Positions 36,801 through 37,618 of a DNA stretch of 38,702 bases are shown one piece after another. Both the position numbers and the translations under genes were made by a program. The notes under the pieces were generated by a model. It saw only the letters and a program-made list of their open reading frames with translations, was not told where the DNA came from and searched no databases. The DNA is from Candidatus Omnitrophota bacterium (GTDB lineage Bacteria > Omnitrophota > Gorgyraeia > Zapsychrales > Zapsychraceae): NCBI GenBank assembly GCA_015233495.1, contig JADFXQ010000013.1, forward strand, positions 1 to 38,702, in the 5' to 3' direction. Every line of letters begins with the position of its first letter. Within the stretch, counting starts at the first letter, position 1.

Positions 36801-37526
36801 CAAGGTCCGTTCATAAATGAATCGCTCCGACAATTTCACGGCCGCCTCCAAAACTGCGTCCGGGATTTCAACGTCATAACGTTCCTGCAATGGCCCCCGC
36901 CGCGCTTTTAGAATATCCATGGCCTCGTCCGCCGAAGGTTCCTCGATCTTCACCTGCCGCAACCGCCGCGTCAGCGCGTCGTCAAAACTGATGTATTTGT
37001 CAAATTCTTTGTAGGTCGTGGCCCCGATTAGACACACCTCACCGTTCGTCATATATTCCTTTAAAACATCTCCGGCCGACGGGTCCAATGCTCCGGCCTG
37101 GTTCTGGTTCATCGTATGGAACTCATCGATGAACAAAATCACCCGATCCCGGGCCTTGGCCTGCAACATGGTCATCAATTGCGTCAACAGATCTTTGCGC
37201 CGCTCGCCATAACCCAAATACCCGGTTCGCAACTTAAACACCCGTTTTTGACTCAACCGCCGCGCCCGGTCGGCCTTGATTTCCTCGACGAGCAAATTGA
37301 CCAGCGCGGTTTTCCCCACGCCCGCTTTTCCCAACAGCAACACCGAATTCACCCCGCGCATAATGCTCAACGTAGCGATCATCTGGTTCAGTTCCGTCAC
37401 CCGCATCACCCACGGCTGTTCCGCCGGTTGGACCATCATGTCGATCATCAACGCTTCCGCCAGCTCCCGTTCCTTATCCGTTAGATTAAGCGCCACCCAA
37501 TCATCGGCGGTTGATACCATATCCAC
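6855..37526 (-). CDS. Giant multidomain protein (10,223 aa) made of modules separated by SSP linkers; probably the central part of a longer gene
   Basis: 30.7-kb stop-free frame containing many recognisable enzyme motifs. The called GTG start is the Val of an in-frame ISSSPV linker and has no clear Shine-Dalgarno. The 3' end coincides with a 1-bp deletion relative to an internal paralog. Confidence 0.9.
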   Translation of the reverse strand: MDMVSTADDWVALNLTDKERELAEALMIDMMVQPAEQPWVMRVTELNQMIATLSIMRGVNSVLLLGKAGVGKTALVNLLVEEIKADRARRLSQKRVFKLRTGYLGYGERRKDLLTQLMTMLQAKARDRVILFIDEFHTMNQNQAGALDPSAGDVLKEYMTNGEVCLIGATTYKEFDKYISFDDALTRRLRQVKIEEPSADEAMDILKARRGPLQERYDVEIPDAVLEAAVKLSERFIYERTLPDKAVQLLEETITWYIDEQDRNERSKRSLVSKLMLEAASYLDCKKRGIEGKTELGTYNRIARLVLDHAGLMQNRLVMNGRLHITEDMVRSQVARKTGIDLAQLTLDDAKRLMGMEEHLGKRVIGQDEAIRAVAQAVRRARAGLTDPKRPMGVFIFVGPPGVGKTALAKASAEFLFGSEKAILELDMEEYRFPGAETKFHSAPPGYIGSDKPGALTGAVRRKPYQVILFDEIEKAHPEVVQTLGALFEEGVMSDNEGEVRFNNTLMICTSNIGMESVKDETDRLGNLLKIVNREQAIEALRRSISREQNPGTRVRLQQDLDLVTSPDAVQAILNQMYDVISAAATKGLKEKYEAYFVDRFDRIVPFVPLTEEQIREVARIMLERRIGEERLGERGYSLQVDSLPDGTRAAVSIYDPLVRCGFDPAHGARNMRRLIEQTVAQPLADEIIRAHSQGEALDGGTIYVYLKSDGGLGLKITPKNQEASRLSVDASQGMAAVSFAQLMAAIDRMIDETQGLSEAELTRILTAPYAGAAEALTDADRQVMAPFQPMSAVAMTAPGSAKANHNLAKGRQDTALTTAVDQQIMPMFAGRGEPARDIADLWLSEFIRWAKTHNTGADAGMIRLSWEQAGDTIKIGVTRDGEMGDGETKILYGHMRKAVSDEESVAAAAAELLKELPSLENVRRKLLEIKQQALQIEGTEFGVISKDGLTTYWLNVAAKQQTPPAPLTPDPVVTLPAAPLTPGTIVTPPAPAATLPGAGNTVPSVAQTAAVAMNPSELADIISDSESLLVKYAEKQNKKLRNFKPTLREVNEFSAEVGYDNVANFISRLEKLRPYARPQTANEVITVGTIGFALYGAISFVLYKYRDIYVGVWLDPQFGLQTLERLFSENDLILTLADLKQLLSENQNETTASPAVSSSPIGGLVSGMMLSSVFAWCDRMVYNDALTAERADEIAAAAGDEADKIREAINDSTKDMGEMLDELSEVLVKESNKDLDTEIGESEKHDLKNVTIQAVIRYLKSGEKDKDFEGLINAVAQAMQQGALRNDSIADIKKALGKGKTRDALRRIYDRASQEIKAGEHTHGADGHTHGPQGHTHSSPAGASVSSPADIRVTGAAYEAMNASAIFNPKDSNLTPRSNGTSESSSTTVKLLMRMMNSLNASGVRLWRTSLTMNLGKRTLILPEDLMISSMSFSQMGSRTAPSPKMYSLLSRMHSKFFFLPKSFSGLADFIDHLLFGHSPKRRTGFGHQSADFVDPIQGFLNFRFHGGLPLFHKKFTASLTACQGHCVVGDLLCSSPAEGIASTRNAASPAAGRDPVVFNFFSGRAGWLNLVLKIVFWPYLAAHTLGRLAEALIKRSKLAEFQVADILSGNIHLAETMEFRASEFENDLAKVQKLIQKICQDAKTSMPALSSAKEAVAWLNNSPDIFTIYEQLRHNEELSADQKSVIETAIKLQRVGSKILFEKMDWTALVNTLDGQRLKRAILAAIYPQNTPQGHLAMEIKFKEGFDFCRLLGVGIGFVAAAGLMSGIYPVIMDSNMFLVWRILSEGYLLAGVFIYPIEMLVSMNAARGAWFEAYANSQIIGAARLMDDCLHQLTVLRQAFRNIDQSKLAADDKKEFIPQIENSILIAADIGVRLRRFITKVMNVKSGRGLKPEDVDIEKMIKAIRAKHRPSLSAQEKKLFIDSDGSARLRTASELLRGILENLITNAIKYTSYGGQIYVSVKNDSPGWITILVRDNGCGIAKRYWTKIFERRFIVPEVKVREGVKRTGKGLYIVQIFARALGGTVAVNSVLHRFSEFTVRLPLNSRVKDDVDPQDLLLNFTHDLGNALAGVGYIPTIVSEENFGDAGRGINARAEDARQAIVYDLEAIHIYLQNGHANPHTEQDGPSESSSPIEWRQISMSASEAASPLAGNADYWTEYREEVFPNTRVLVFLGSMSSGKSAVVSALLAYYPQWYVYVPVLTTRPMRFDDEWESGQREFVDADTFAALDRQQELCLIRNSHATRKSELIRSIDSGKVPVFETASRQGLEEIKTIFPRAYVMVISPFWGKKNGVVRFKNIDRVDLQMAMALLGPRLNHRGYFGQALTAKVYEILEFYRSFEMDPFDVMLHLDLRQPRNESEMWKYEENFAILRKYLKAAGFPVASSPADPLYSSPAAGWDAFLPFGEFTDAFAAHTDRSVRYALDTSVRRTPQGMVLTMALDRPYAVHQYRFPVPGRGSEWTRYSYKNFAAVKTPFLSADDALRDILRKVAADVFKIIYSFSLVNGGAYNKLLFYSLRADVRYDLDPSVPLITVGCPDRPSRGASMRGFFPDVQRPEWEVSLPVQAANIPEHLAGAWALLYALLPSLLSPAIAFAERSSVIGYSGDVRRIMRESGLTLPIMDTVMTADQAQTLARSADFVEFRGYEKVRVNCRDTSAFDDAWKLYRTFMFRDPLFRMFVTRVLSIDEQGELKSQDMATAIPLRQVSPKSQMVPTAALPDRAGSSPAGPGFPFRTIQHYLDIKCGTSSTGSRAGAVSARETTADDPAAAEERSRLEQILAAPDPDESWTGKADEIRNAVFPIDEGIQQLNALRTITGDVAVRYAGVPEVENFYGLMTQLEPAALSPDNRWVAIEYIPGSYVSVELFSVANENDIVPTRVIRGYARFKRAYPYGYPSYESLRKILGCDLTVNKISWLIKAMNTQRREKGETLILTTEMEFCPSEIDILFQAAFDYYQGHQESAPHVWLAQSTGLPLDVILGLVSKVRVKGEVWGIQEVIAMSGPQDASGGPEGEVSSPIKWRQISIYSSSPVSDDNAPQRMPRNGLARLIGYCSDVFWKQQNRVNPAVFRGIVIFARVIRFAVWGAMFVICLAFCVTFPWLFWIIVLAIGLISFSDFIISAGRFGLFGYWQMRMAQWTQRRRHQQSLRARQVVEAQTMQMSKQEYDSDRDDNDMPWTDEPAGNRAKEDETKVDNAVVEALRGSYVYQYFIGNELKASAARLETGLKEKKVLFHKRGNEDWGDFFYMPVSVALTIEGLGTKFLYTYVGNVSISDSKIELYLAVDRAPGQGKDLVDLPSLPKGYYIGFATKSVLKDSDFLAASPSKGFPAASSAVISDYSRRGAPRGRPSSERATTPGAHQGRPYDGSTSDQIELGASLFENGLTFQGAQMGRFGNDFAGALVDMNDGLGGTRGFNGDFNPQFNLLPIEKWEPAQRTDNALFINTGYNFDHTYKPLSVFNNTMGSPKSQGHYRAANLRSSSRELRDTHFTPMKAGAHEGRPYDGPISYEIEVGASIAASASPANSCSGFLGRAGLPGSQWILVVTGDELSSPELSATRIRAGPEWVDDLFSILQSRFPQICIAQADPPVARFLRENNQQIVSFNPDHVSHLNECGAMSYIVTNDVDETPKMLAHLLSRHTVVMTRQYGIFSRGKDFAQAWMRIRMVEDTAVKIAATLAVGGQVEPFDLQQCQRILGLYHPVPQGKSVLETAEEPIDLEYDEAEIAALRLQLQSVGRRIAAAGLVKHSSGNTSVLPEDRRIMLIKATGKAFAVMSPEEYVGIDLQTGRPVRGLGNWKSSIEASFHRIIYLTREDVNAVVHTHAPIATALALIGKHFRDIPVVPYLHPGSDELVRAVREHIRKYSAIRLNRHGLITAAGSLEVALAETVRIENGCRDVVSRRIAHRREYDPIRHILTEHISASPAVSVYFTTDSGAKYWLADDGKIIISYPDLTSIYRRGERMNERGEMGAALREIVALYKQGRVEFLGVPLPGQDDMAEFVEALADNCHAPRSADLAFDYISIIFSRTAPPAALESGTTRFSNFLKSRLIRKAAVSVESALPLPPAVEPIRFYEPQEVAARLGVDPAFVIRLAENGIVASDDQQRISKTDSEVLYSLAEALAKPQYSSIEISELLGRQRHYAQKLLFPKHKGAPYEKSAQGMRMLDRAVVLPIYLEQKMAQQVLARFGTSISAKEAMVRCGLMVLGTGYCKVVRLLTRLMRQHPILVDGVSRCGWLYTFGRYYFSAAALTALLDREDVKAKYYGVRPMPAQRPEPRYRRVTADANGYGVWQGQQIFIAAALAGRTIRFCPECEGAVRAYFKDTEIGRWDGAAGAYTNYLQIVTTDDTGAMRRGTWIYDVGQNSQTQVLIRSRPEEDAGRMLVYYDPAKNNFFMARGKNIFPAKAPATGKTTRLKAQVSRPVQSNGCFQYGTYHNIGQLFVGENVDIRSYQEGERQGFRVYYHEVLLAEKEDTSAKMTLLIEPVRVHATGYVICRKNSIYLGKEYAGYVVVCAPWDGRDWGTGMRCYDDRGIEIVWRSAAIGQPGRIEAEIVLACKSVAERFPEIITDEEGHFDRNNAASPIIIRIIGVRSQQSIARYNVMAIFAKSLVERVLLFLIMAGKRIARIWKIFITYYTSYRYRDLTPFIRLLVLGLLLFLTSLSPVFGHHFRVDEQGRCLAVVEQWNERVPAEDTLGEISRNYLKATGQSVTEASLWGPRGAVRKIQRINHLKNPNHLRIGMKLRLPAMGHQARVRIIARPSHSVSRKTTSAAQSHPRSASAPNHEPVTPPTHINPPPTIPPDSSNDNWIYAAMFAIVLGLLAMFSRQIIKFGVFLGGLSARLRQWRWPGIGVLRRQIDRETAPGETASETGIKNFVLNPQRISLKGDAFVMGVRTPGGYIPHGSEPLLFWDKVQAVAIVEAGVENPALFDVSQLLRLAASVHPFGIALELDYPNLPPEALEAYCQNMAMMIRLKGSSEWISLAGIAESSENDRKAFRVAIVHKILEARIGLSGRDRQKCETLIDRCISMMVSWDLAPSEHIALLKDIARQYQLSVPEKSEAVIVILRSRFPDDTADSTRDQNPPRPPSSSPVEPKRPGADAGGEGLMRRIALAKGGVLELIGPLVYGQGIMPSVGDWLLWGTDKGIHLGLLTAINETGFVPVLTLLGPGIGETYLDARLLHNNKVFIVVNPGALPFRDMTVQRVIKSPMMIRYRHSGRDVYGYALGNQNNGWRITWTGDRLPEPIAVDDLRHQDMKIMTTQPRFIRWVIETEDGFANRLSGLIGADTETVLTDLGSPDRARRLAAVECLVAAKAGEDRLREILSFDTKGRGVHAAIALARAGSREAQVIESLIWCAQHSENSDEARDAAAALLTVPDPRAQVFGRLRLGRTNGISRDIDPEILIPMLLKAYESRMLQQLINLLIISLGDDFIAYALNDLMGAATQHRFTAETVCGLTKLFQDLDLTGLDEGSIEYVKTVIFVFYAVKGIPLGKIAGQCPAIIKEIRLIQNSRPAADRVAAMLAYPVSYPATARYKLLLTVFDYFLKDQTGNLPSYRSRYCCSNPLMIAPAHREVMRLILMAWRDDLGLFSPSERAMSVSILPVELNDGQIDWSRTIHKNPRNESCQLKNFDDKHTSSPVEADEKDMWQEEWRGMKHDILSWLTSLNGRIERQEDRGKTPSGQAILGLVDRIAVDINQLLSQVAQVVSMRDHTVEIVEIYSEAQPLVMAIRVQLRRVFYNLVLNAFKHAFTGATKAKKVVLFTAADAKQVHIMISDNGMGIALEHMRLMPKAPGAAEMLPEFFTAGFTTCQDGQGLGTDVAHRIIQKHGGKILVDTRHKCGTSFIIQLPRASSPVILNPGETAILEQLVQRMQAKHTGLLRRWSVAQTGRGTSSSLRSAQNSLRKIPSFSTMRSLPLNCSCCENERNNLSREDMMSWIYGGWIFSRTIPGKFWGGNLNVFAKWRSRVRRTFLRSLTKAATASSSDPRTTRVALWPCSLSQEINSTGMFSSRMNSMLSLDGMKGDKFRSSDHIACVVERGSDGLFRQLRIVTLFDFQDRQPAFDQIEHQIDRNARAFKYRVAAANGRGRSNVICQHKKTPPFRSFASSIQYIPVFGVNVKLNRSRRSVKDAFDSCLAKDIVLASSPVGVPQIRAFSEMSAAVKADSRLVTIVVPAAESPDALEALNMLIAEMGQRVRAVLTGKRHVIEGMIEAQQLLALQAAQPEILDVEDETAALSLGIKYAAERPAEPILILKGTTATGTLMRAGMDGGLKVGDQLISHMRVFETPRGILIMTDGGLVIAPDAAKLEKIRANAMAVSRLLGKTSPQITRIGRGHRDIAEVLAEPVWPDGLLFGDIAAANNAYKACVDTPWRLIIENDVVLPGTGILSIFNKSPPGPSAEYGMASAQNSRLMIVTPEPNAGFEIKQRLLATAQCPKYLTPGEGETIHHEIWHQRDMRAGILDEVDLEYGALLARVMSFKSDEDLMESGCVQTLGYDEQMLVIQEQQELKYIESVDPHYLARRRLKDRLIKLSRSGRRNTYKTQIRSAAPRIYEEHYLSKLGAVPKPLEIPRSIKIIPSADGPNARRAVLDAVSSPIQNAATTGAHEGRPYKINNKPTGLPYRAGPAQSAFLSCQLGGGLLRRVSQWSDISGRTPRSTQRGGPVGLFISSLSSGSPIETGLRHGTLETVRASSAGSRIAAAVLRSREAHDLHNQDGYSNLDRLQERYPTRIAKFRAVDLATAINKAAASPIILNVFPRGASSPADNRQPLIIANRRLDPDEILQLKVAVALHGNGIPPSPGMRKCQDAWACQIEGMGLPALADILRSMVFVCADEGLWVTIFQLQFKAAASEGFSMFQVRAVEISHSEQQIIFTIIPAFEFTDADLAGIMLDAALAVAFEASGLLPEHLIHYFGRGRVLACGGQDQLTNMIFDLAEAAVYLKRGDWQAADQWARLTLDFAESPEEDIFQGFAHYFMAKARILRESRRDSHNGSAASEREAAYEHLAAARNIFLRNERDVEAPGDFNIQLGLAHWYCGRATEAREYFNRAAQDLGLIDPFTDIVSAFNQRHFSALVRELQDRYGVETDTDLAHILRQSGADFEYFYCLTKCLAEVAMQRRNQLSVGPGYLYCLRNLYEMASWLAESEHMKTGIHLILGRLEFHLSIQDPAAEESLLRSAEYHLRAHVDQFEEPLTAAWWLLGNVLLMRRATCPPKGVDVNTLRDEAVTCLQKVLEGPDEDLQTRSRALLEKLTGNPRSASPVSRPAGLALQSRDSEQTLPAEHNASSLIQHLYDDEEMSQSDAIGSEEHFYRVFPSRETPGQTYSGRQDWAFPIIHSYSPIDVCESFYFMYRKVNEELNLVSQGVVARDMHGAILAEFQRALSPSEDRRSAASPLSSLNVKRERFADEFPGSYVAALANGYETGLSMQADYRCEFSHMEGLPLPGAVKPGNPGRIFVPARSDLSAVEGLRGNNFVFPENQPAMLALLSSVLAAARQRMRTAVPLPPAGHCENFQEMLVRCMEQGQDEVVVRLLELARYDFMTFTRYRKLLDAFFPLRNDMQRQVALGILFRKPKGGEQRYLLASAFDVPRLVEIKDWMNKINVLMQELQALSRQMGQAAVRVVHDSGIVYDGELGALPNGDLLALRRGWHNNGLKWAQLRPVPDTGGIRFKLVEVRSGSPDPAAVTFGEFCFIPPYRYSVDCDRVLGRSRQTSGGSSSVASGWGRRGRSDMWTTSDEHVSRDSLTSSPADADEADVWQKEWSGVTHDVRNWLSCVKGEIEKSEYYGDTLGGQAVIRVVDRIADYLKLKYNNDILEPFNPVSPAAILFGARYGRNRGSETQRPLSVWEMALGSVEEMLMHFTATSGRLMRQAPQAYAAARYIQAVMQYFGSILPGADLRSGLIRTEAIDINQLLSQAAQVVSMRDHTVEIVEIYSEAQPFVMAIRVQLLRVFYNLVLNAFKHAFIGATKIKKVVLFTAADAKQVHVMISDNGMGIALEYMRLIPKAPGAAEMLPEFFTAGFTTSQDGHGLGTDVAQRIIQGLGGEILVDTRHKCGTSFIIQLPRASSPIIRGRAASSPARKNIQQNNHQGGSTSKEPDKACATAGHETQMRLTGSISEKLILVQTEQQQRPNDPNLMLSLESVYCDMGDYAAAEMWLKKALTFFQAAEGNYYSFNISLALEHLCRIYMLWNKFDDALDLLKKLIVNDPGRVQLYGMQIDVMLGLGRPLAALEAVLACQTLGRRDSRQSAQIGLIFCYFVFQVLIIDGILPARELISVLIEVDKKRIIEILIRWGMPSILAEACAELVGPSLKYITNTQWDWLQMIRNGRENGSGFLYFSPKCIDHIIAAHSYHGDYPNADAAQVHKSFFPEQYDRARIVELLDQISENISQGRGIKNLPEGGVLDWWPGHELVSYVIDEPSGEMFRLSCTLDSRHNPITAYPTMGKDLVIHWRNRRVPMMLLSMLPYFRVIWNRDTRNVVQVLAGDAVSGFISILKKPFLAGLEEIEREQLIWLAVVDGKFFSADAESVYYHYRIPFASWTERLNIQDVYLKVSRRNHWVESLSDMAPSSSPVIVNPGEAAILERLVERMQAQHTGLLIRRKGDNPFALIEGNDKGVEDVFLTEEIEVSSQVGGERDVRFKGNGADFQGQRVMINGDKVPVADHSIRDFSLGIVNAQIEGGRRGEYRHACPGINVGFGFQGAILTDDSQANNGIIPAFIFSEGEINHLFHKRWANSSGAGIGTDMGIDPGNCWRAFTTASWPVNICPLEMTTRCRGNFLTNRSKFKSKNSSFDNCLDIRHLPLKKYIPVFHVNVKLNRSRRSVNDAFDSCLAEDIVLASSPAGSGNLDAKIIRGHKDNYQIFLIFCLCVLVLRTDRKPSNFSSLAVSVFAGVYTVDDEICSGQIKTDSVFPDSESMGRGRQVDQGFGKRKGISGGNIQFQFFQYALFKPGRKFMKFAFAGFSKLDKEAHEIYLRLKECLIVSNGTNPNFAASSIPFFSRAISLGFTGSSPSMASISQPTGFEATYSFAETCRSRVSSTAQRRSQNDRVSKTKYPGIPSLSEMTAALNCFGKASGKFAGILVKFFKDSNLTGLLDNLATELFFILRLSYVEKYITKSVVCHWIIIQEELSGTGSSSSTSSSTTTKKRVSLKSQVASKVHSLISILGALRLLGFTFYRICREANQWPFFSKEGTLLGTMDRFWLNDFLSVPAGAGLFYLILWPGISIPYKSDQQVSHCDTTNIPQSSSPVALGWGRRVWLEVGRVCLLPQLCPVAWQIWHITDDDENDSQQDRIKGELLALSARNIRPLLRYTRHNAAPIRRMIYEVIGELFVIIKIAEKEGERNVHLRRERSSVDVPVGQLRERLYQNTVVAVLDRGLEDDDYRVQKYAFQTLREYFPNPTRMVARLADILQEPAYGKKTRREAAVFLETFVAMPDVLAVLESAWQESDPEILSSVLDTTEVWLRQPEKDSRRSSLPQYQAVLHDMRTTMIGLLTHADDGISRKAENVLLAAQEPVHNLTDAFRQILFNSAQPTAARLHALRRLHHWQQPTDFAETLIAALTDEQLQHNRQEMLEAIRGLGDIMVTEAAGLIANINHPTVRQTGENMLRDYSQKLPRKHLASSAVIARAQRNKIVGRPRCSSPAGSGNLDAGWQPCPYKKHEAMSEKFVINDRRIMSPAGVIYYLTVHGTFVLAYPNLLKVLPDQEPQARIVVIRQYREIIAYDKAGRLEFLGMTLLDQEHLMRQLNVFQAQAQNDKIWPQHQISQLKEFLAEHVHPQTCGFTELLIEGYLNDRLEVKTIGQLLAQRLEECIDAFKQSVETPGAYETHIKLLRMRFHLPPYKTDRLDICADPMSYRSIKHDIFPNHQQVKEATIAEIIQAFFDPARKLSFMSIMRCPYLAKYISEKGFLNNATEEQAPPAPARPSTEKARTPPSPRQQGAAIVRNNLQNSDVEPGAESIADQPAAAKPVLGKSPLDTSAEQISETPKKSGTTSDQPVWLWAICTFDVARSEWDLIKEILDREELPYEEVYIYAAKTLLQCDLTTQRVTRDLLKEICDQERLLTIMFDIQVDNIAVVVRISAILRRLTLVYNADHARYIAQNILYNKVPSKRFCLDGEEIKIKPRPPQKPARPNQSSPVGALRIRAFSEMLAGVKADSRSAKIVVPAAESPDSAKLKKIRAHAIAVSLLLGKTSPQIMRVGRGHRNITEVLAEPVCPGILSIINKSPPAQALNMI
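6860..7150 (-). repeat. Internally deleted duplicate of the PTA_PTB module at 18345-19115
   Basis: IRAFSEMLAGVKADSR..VVPAAESPD|SAKLKKIRAHAIAVS..GKTSPQI..AEPV|GILSIINKSPP matches three separate parts of the long copy. Confidence 0.85.
8750..9650 (-). other. Domain of giant ORF: HEAT-like repeats (a second HEAT-like block lies at ~21300-21680)
   Basis: LDRGLEDDDYRVQKYAFQTL, LLTHADDGISRKAENVL; LGSPDRARRLAAVECL in the second block. Confidence 0.6.
10197..10225 (+). promoter_or_regulatory. Sigma70-type promoter of the RelE operon
   Basis: ATGACA-17nt-TATATT with an extended -10 TG. Confidence 0.6.
10249..10644 (+). CDS. Putative antitoxin (131 aa) of a RelE-type pair, nested antisense in the giant ORF
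   Basis: AGGAG RBS at ~10234. C-terminus LKKGIDEAAKLGFVPLETIK resembles antitoxin tails. Lies 5 nt upstream of the RelE gene. Confidence 0.75.
   Translation: MKNNSVAKLSSKPVKLESLKNFTKIPANFPLAFPKQFKAAVISDKDGIPGYFVFDTRSFWDLLCAVDETLERQVSAKEYVASNPVGWLIDAIEGELPVNPKLIARLKKGIDEAAKLGFVPLETIKHSLSLK
10650..10913 (+). CDS. relE: RelE/ParE-family toxin (87 aa), nested antisense
   Basis: IQFTKAGEREFHKL...HRFRVGKYRVCF...IDTREDAYR, a classic RelE pattern. Confidence 0.88.
   Translation: MGLFIQFTKAGEREFHKLSSGLKQRVLEKLELYISSGNPLSFAKPLVNLPPATHRFRVGKYRVCFYLSGANLIIDSIDTREDAYRQR
10941..11005. repeat. Hairpin downstream of relE made from the MITE-end sequence (possible terminator)
   Basis: taatacgaggacacaaaga pairs with tctttgtgtccccgtatta (1 mismatch). 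Confidence 0.5.
11113..11143 (+). promoter_or_regulatory. Sigma70-type promoter of the DUF5678/protease operon
   Basis: TTGACA-17nt-TATATATT; near-identical copy at 19192. Confidence 0.65.
11164..11370 (+). CDS. DUF5678-like small protein (68 aa), nested antisense
   Basis: NFERLVKKFPRQRVVISNGQI...KARQQFPG...VPIP; RBS GGAAGGTG; ATGA overlap with the next gene. Confidence 0.7.
   Translation: MSKQLSNDEFFDLNFERLVKKFPRQRVVISNGQIFTGHDAVVKARQQFPGSIPMSVPIPAPEEFAHLL
11367..11768 (+). CDS. Retropepsin-like (clan AA) aspartyl protease (133 aa), nested antisense
   Basis: AYVDSGASVS catalytic motif and LLGQKDIF motif; translationally coupled to the DUF5678-like gene. Confidence 0.85.
   Translation: MKQMINFPFAKYKGGYYPIISLTVVGKDGPLETKAYVDSGASVSIFTTTTAFDLGIDYTQGEISYTMVGDGNFIPVYHHTLSLKIGTVSFKANVSFSPNLGADFNLLGQKDIFDTFIITFNQRKRVVSFTPYQ
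12225..13200 (-). other. Domain of giant ORF: TPR repeats followed by a bacterial EndoU-like toxin nuclease
   Basis: TPR-like VYCDMGDYAAAEMWLKKAL, then IDHIIAAH...HKSFFPEQYDRARIV...PITAYPT, matching the H..H / KSxFP / ITAYP pattern of polymorphic-toxin EndoU domains. Confidence 0.6.
13365..14310 (-). other. Domain of giant ORF: histidine kinase module, copy B, about 110 aa longer than copy A
   Basis: VTHDVRNWL. The HATPase part 13353-13830 is nearly identical in DNA to 19986-20465. Confidence 0.88.
15800..16760 (-). other. Domain of giant ORF: TPR-like repeats
   Basis: AVYLKRGDWQAADQWA, LGLAHWYCGRATEAREYFNRA, WWLLGNVL...EAVTCLQKVLE. Confidence 0.65.
17718..17743. repeat. GTAG-type REP copy
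   Basis: gtaggggcgcccctcgtgggcgcccg. Confidence 0.8.
18300..19110 (-). other. Domain of giant ORF: phosphate acetyl/butyryltransferase (PTA_PTB)-like module
   Basis: IVVPAAESPDALEA, ILILKGTTATGTLMRA, LISH, ILIMTDGGLVIAPD, PDGLLFGDIAAANNAYK. Confidence 0.75.
19192..19222 (+). promoter_or_regulatory. Sigma70-type promoter of the DUF433/DUF5615 operon
   Basis: TTGACA-17nt-TATATATT. Confidence 0.65.
19263..19502 (+). CDS. DUF433-family antitoxin (79 aa), nested antisense
   Basis: ITSSPAICGGDPVFKGTRIPI...YPQLSEKAIRAALHYA. Confidence 0.9.
   Translation: MLTNYITSSPAICGGDPVFKGTRIPIYLVLDLIEGGLSILEIKKRYYPQLSEKAIRAALHYASDMIRTAEFVPFHTVEA
19504..19851 (+). CDS. DUF5615/PIN-like toxin (115 aa), nested antisense
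   Basis: Likely start is ATG 19504: MEFILDENMP...GH...SDDEAV...LLTLDRHF...PGIVRL. Directly follows the DUF433 gene. Confidence 0.88.
   Translation: MEFILDENMPVELISWLNEQGHKATRVVLGSDDEAVAAFVKERKNVLLTLDRHFANTLRFPPQNFPGIVRLKIHPPYIQDIISSLDKLFRSFSQQEQFKGKLLIVEKDGIFLKEF
19998..20630 (-). other. Domain of giant ORF: histidine kinase module, copy A
   Basis: H box MKHDILSWL, NLVLNAFKHA, ISDNGMGI, GQGLGT, GTSFIIQLP; bounded by TSSPV and ASSPV. Confidence 0.88.
23310..23470 (-). other. Domain of giant ORF: LysM-like domain between a hydrophobic signal-like segment and a Pro-rich linker plus TM helix
   Basis: EDTLGEISRNY...IQRINHLKNPNHLRIGMKLRLP. Confidence 0.7.
23602..23783. mobile_element. MITE-like element with 19-bp inverted repeats (1 mismatch)
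   Basis: ataaatggtgtcagatctc / gagatctgacaccaattat around an AT-rich interior; a solo copy of the right end lies at 4881-4899. Confidence 0.55.
25850..26700 (-). other. Domain of giant ORF: class II aldolase/adducin (FucA/AraD-like), preceded by a partial second copy
   Basis: SSGNTSV, MLIKATG, SSIEASFHRIIY, AVVHTHAP, LNRHGLITAAGSLEVA. Confidence 0.88.
27027..27052. repeat. GTAG-type REP copy
   Basis: Identical to 17718-17743. Confidence 0.8.
27126..27154 (+). promoter_or_regulatory. Sigma70-type promoter of the orphan antitoxin
   Basis: TTGACT-17nt-TATTGT. Confidence 0.65.
27180..27383 (+). CDS. Orphan DUF104/AF2212-like antitoxin (67 aa), nested antisense
   Basis: MVKIITGIYEQGIIRPLRRLPFFNRQKVELRI; GAGGT RBS at 27167; own promoter. 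Confidence 0.78.
   Translation: MVKIITGIYEQGIIRPLRRLPFFNRQKVELRIEIPVETARSTKAIIHVNQRAGKIISESPHLSSLES
27438..27511. repeat. REPIN-like inverted REP pair
   Basis: gtaggggcgcccctggtgggcgcccg ... cgggcgcccacgaggggcgcccctac. Confidence 0.8.
30390..31020 (-). other. Domain of giant ORF: guanylate kinase-like P-loop module
   Basis: LGSMSSGKS P-loop followed by TTRPMR...REFVDADTF, the pattern typical of Gmk. Confidence 0.75.
31390..31800 (-). other. Domain of giant ORF: histidine kinase HATPase_c
   Basis: N box ENLITNAIKY, G1 box VRDNGCGI, G2 box TGKGLYIV, terminal FTVRLP. Confidence 0.88.
32952..32980 (+). promoter_or_regulatory. Sigma70-type promoter of the PIN operon, with an operator-like palindrome
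   Basis: TTGACA-17nt-TAAACT; TTGAC-atgcc-GTCAA inverted repeat over the -35. Confidence 0.7.
33006..33176 (+). CDS. Putative antitoxin (56 aa, below the ORF-track cutoff), nested antisense
   Basis: MKPEIQKSLDRVNKIRRLMSKASSPFRGMTKQQMIDEIRKTRERLWKEEKLAVHPR; GAGAGGT RBS; overlaps the start of the PIN gene. Confidence 0.7.
   Translation: MKPEIQKSLDRVNKIRRLMSKASSPFRGMTKQQMIDEIRKTRERLWKEEKLAVHPR
33157..33522 (+). CDS. vapC: PIN-domain (VapC-like) toxin, probably C-terminally truncated, nested antisense
   Basis: TTG start after AAGGAAG; LCILDSNEYIFG...IVKEV...GLKMADAFIASYA. Similarity ends at ~33455 next to an SSP linker. Confidence 0.7.
   Translation: MLCILDSNEYIFGLGAVREPICEKLIEEIIKSSGKISVRLPRFIVKEVRHNLTPEAFKEFIILINSLTVVDEDSEVPFDLGVRFESLGLKMADAFIASYAAPVTRMSAGLLTLAPAGLECV
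35375..37526 (-). other. Domain of giant ORF: ClpB/ClpC-type double AAA+ ATPase without the N-terminal Clp domain
   Basis: Walker A GKAGVGKT and GPPGVGKT; Walker B ILFIDEFH and VILFDEIEKAHP; GATT; RVIGQDEAI; SAPPGYIG; GARNMRRLIEQ. Confidence 0.92.
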
Positions 37527-37589
37527 CGGAGAAGAACTGATCAGTTTGGATTGGTCCAGTGACCCGCGGCTCTATTCCAATTGACAAAC

Positions 37590-37618
37590 TTGACTTCAAA
37601 GAGGAAATGTATTAGGCT
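37590..37618 (+). promoter_or_regulatory. Sigma70-type promoter of the MazF operon
   Basis: TTGACT-17nt-TAGGCT. Confidence 0.65.

Noticed and set aside
35375..37526. Stand-alone clpB or T6SS clpV gene
   Set aside because: No N-terminal Clp domain, no stop after the AAA+ modules and no T6SS genes; it is a module of the giant frame.
6855..37526. Inteins or self-splicing elements at the module junctions
   Set aside because: No Hint-domain motifs (N-terminal Cys with C-terminal His-Asn) seen at the SSP boundaries.
37572..37598. Alternative genetic code (TGA read-through) joining the ORFs
   Set aside because: A TAG also lies in frame, and several nested genes end properly at TGA (10913, 11370, 19851, 37862), consistent with code 11.
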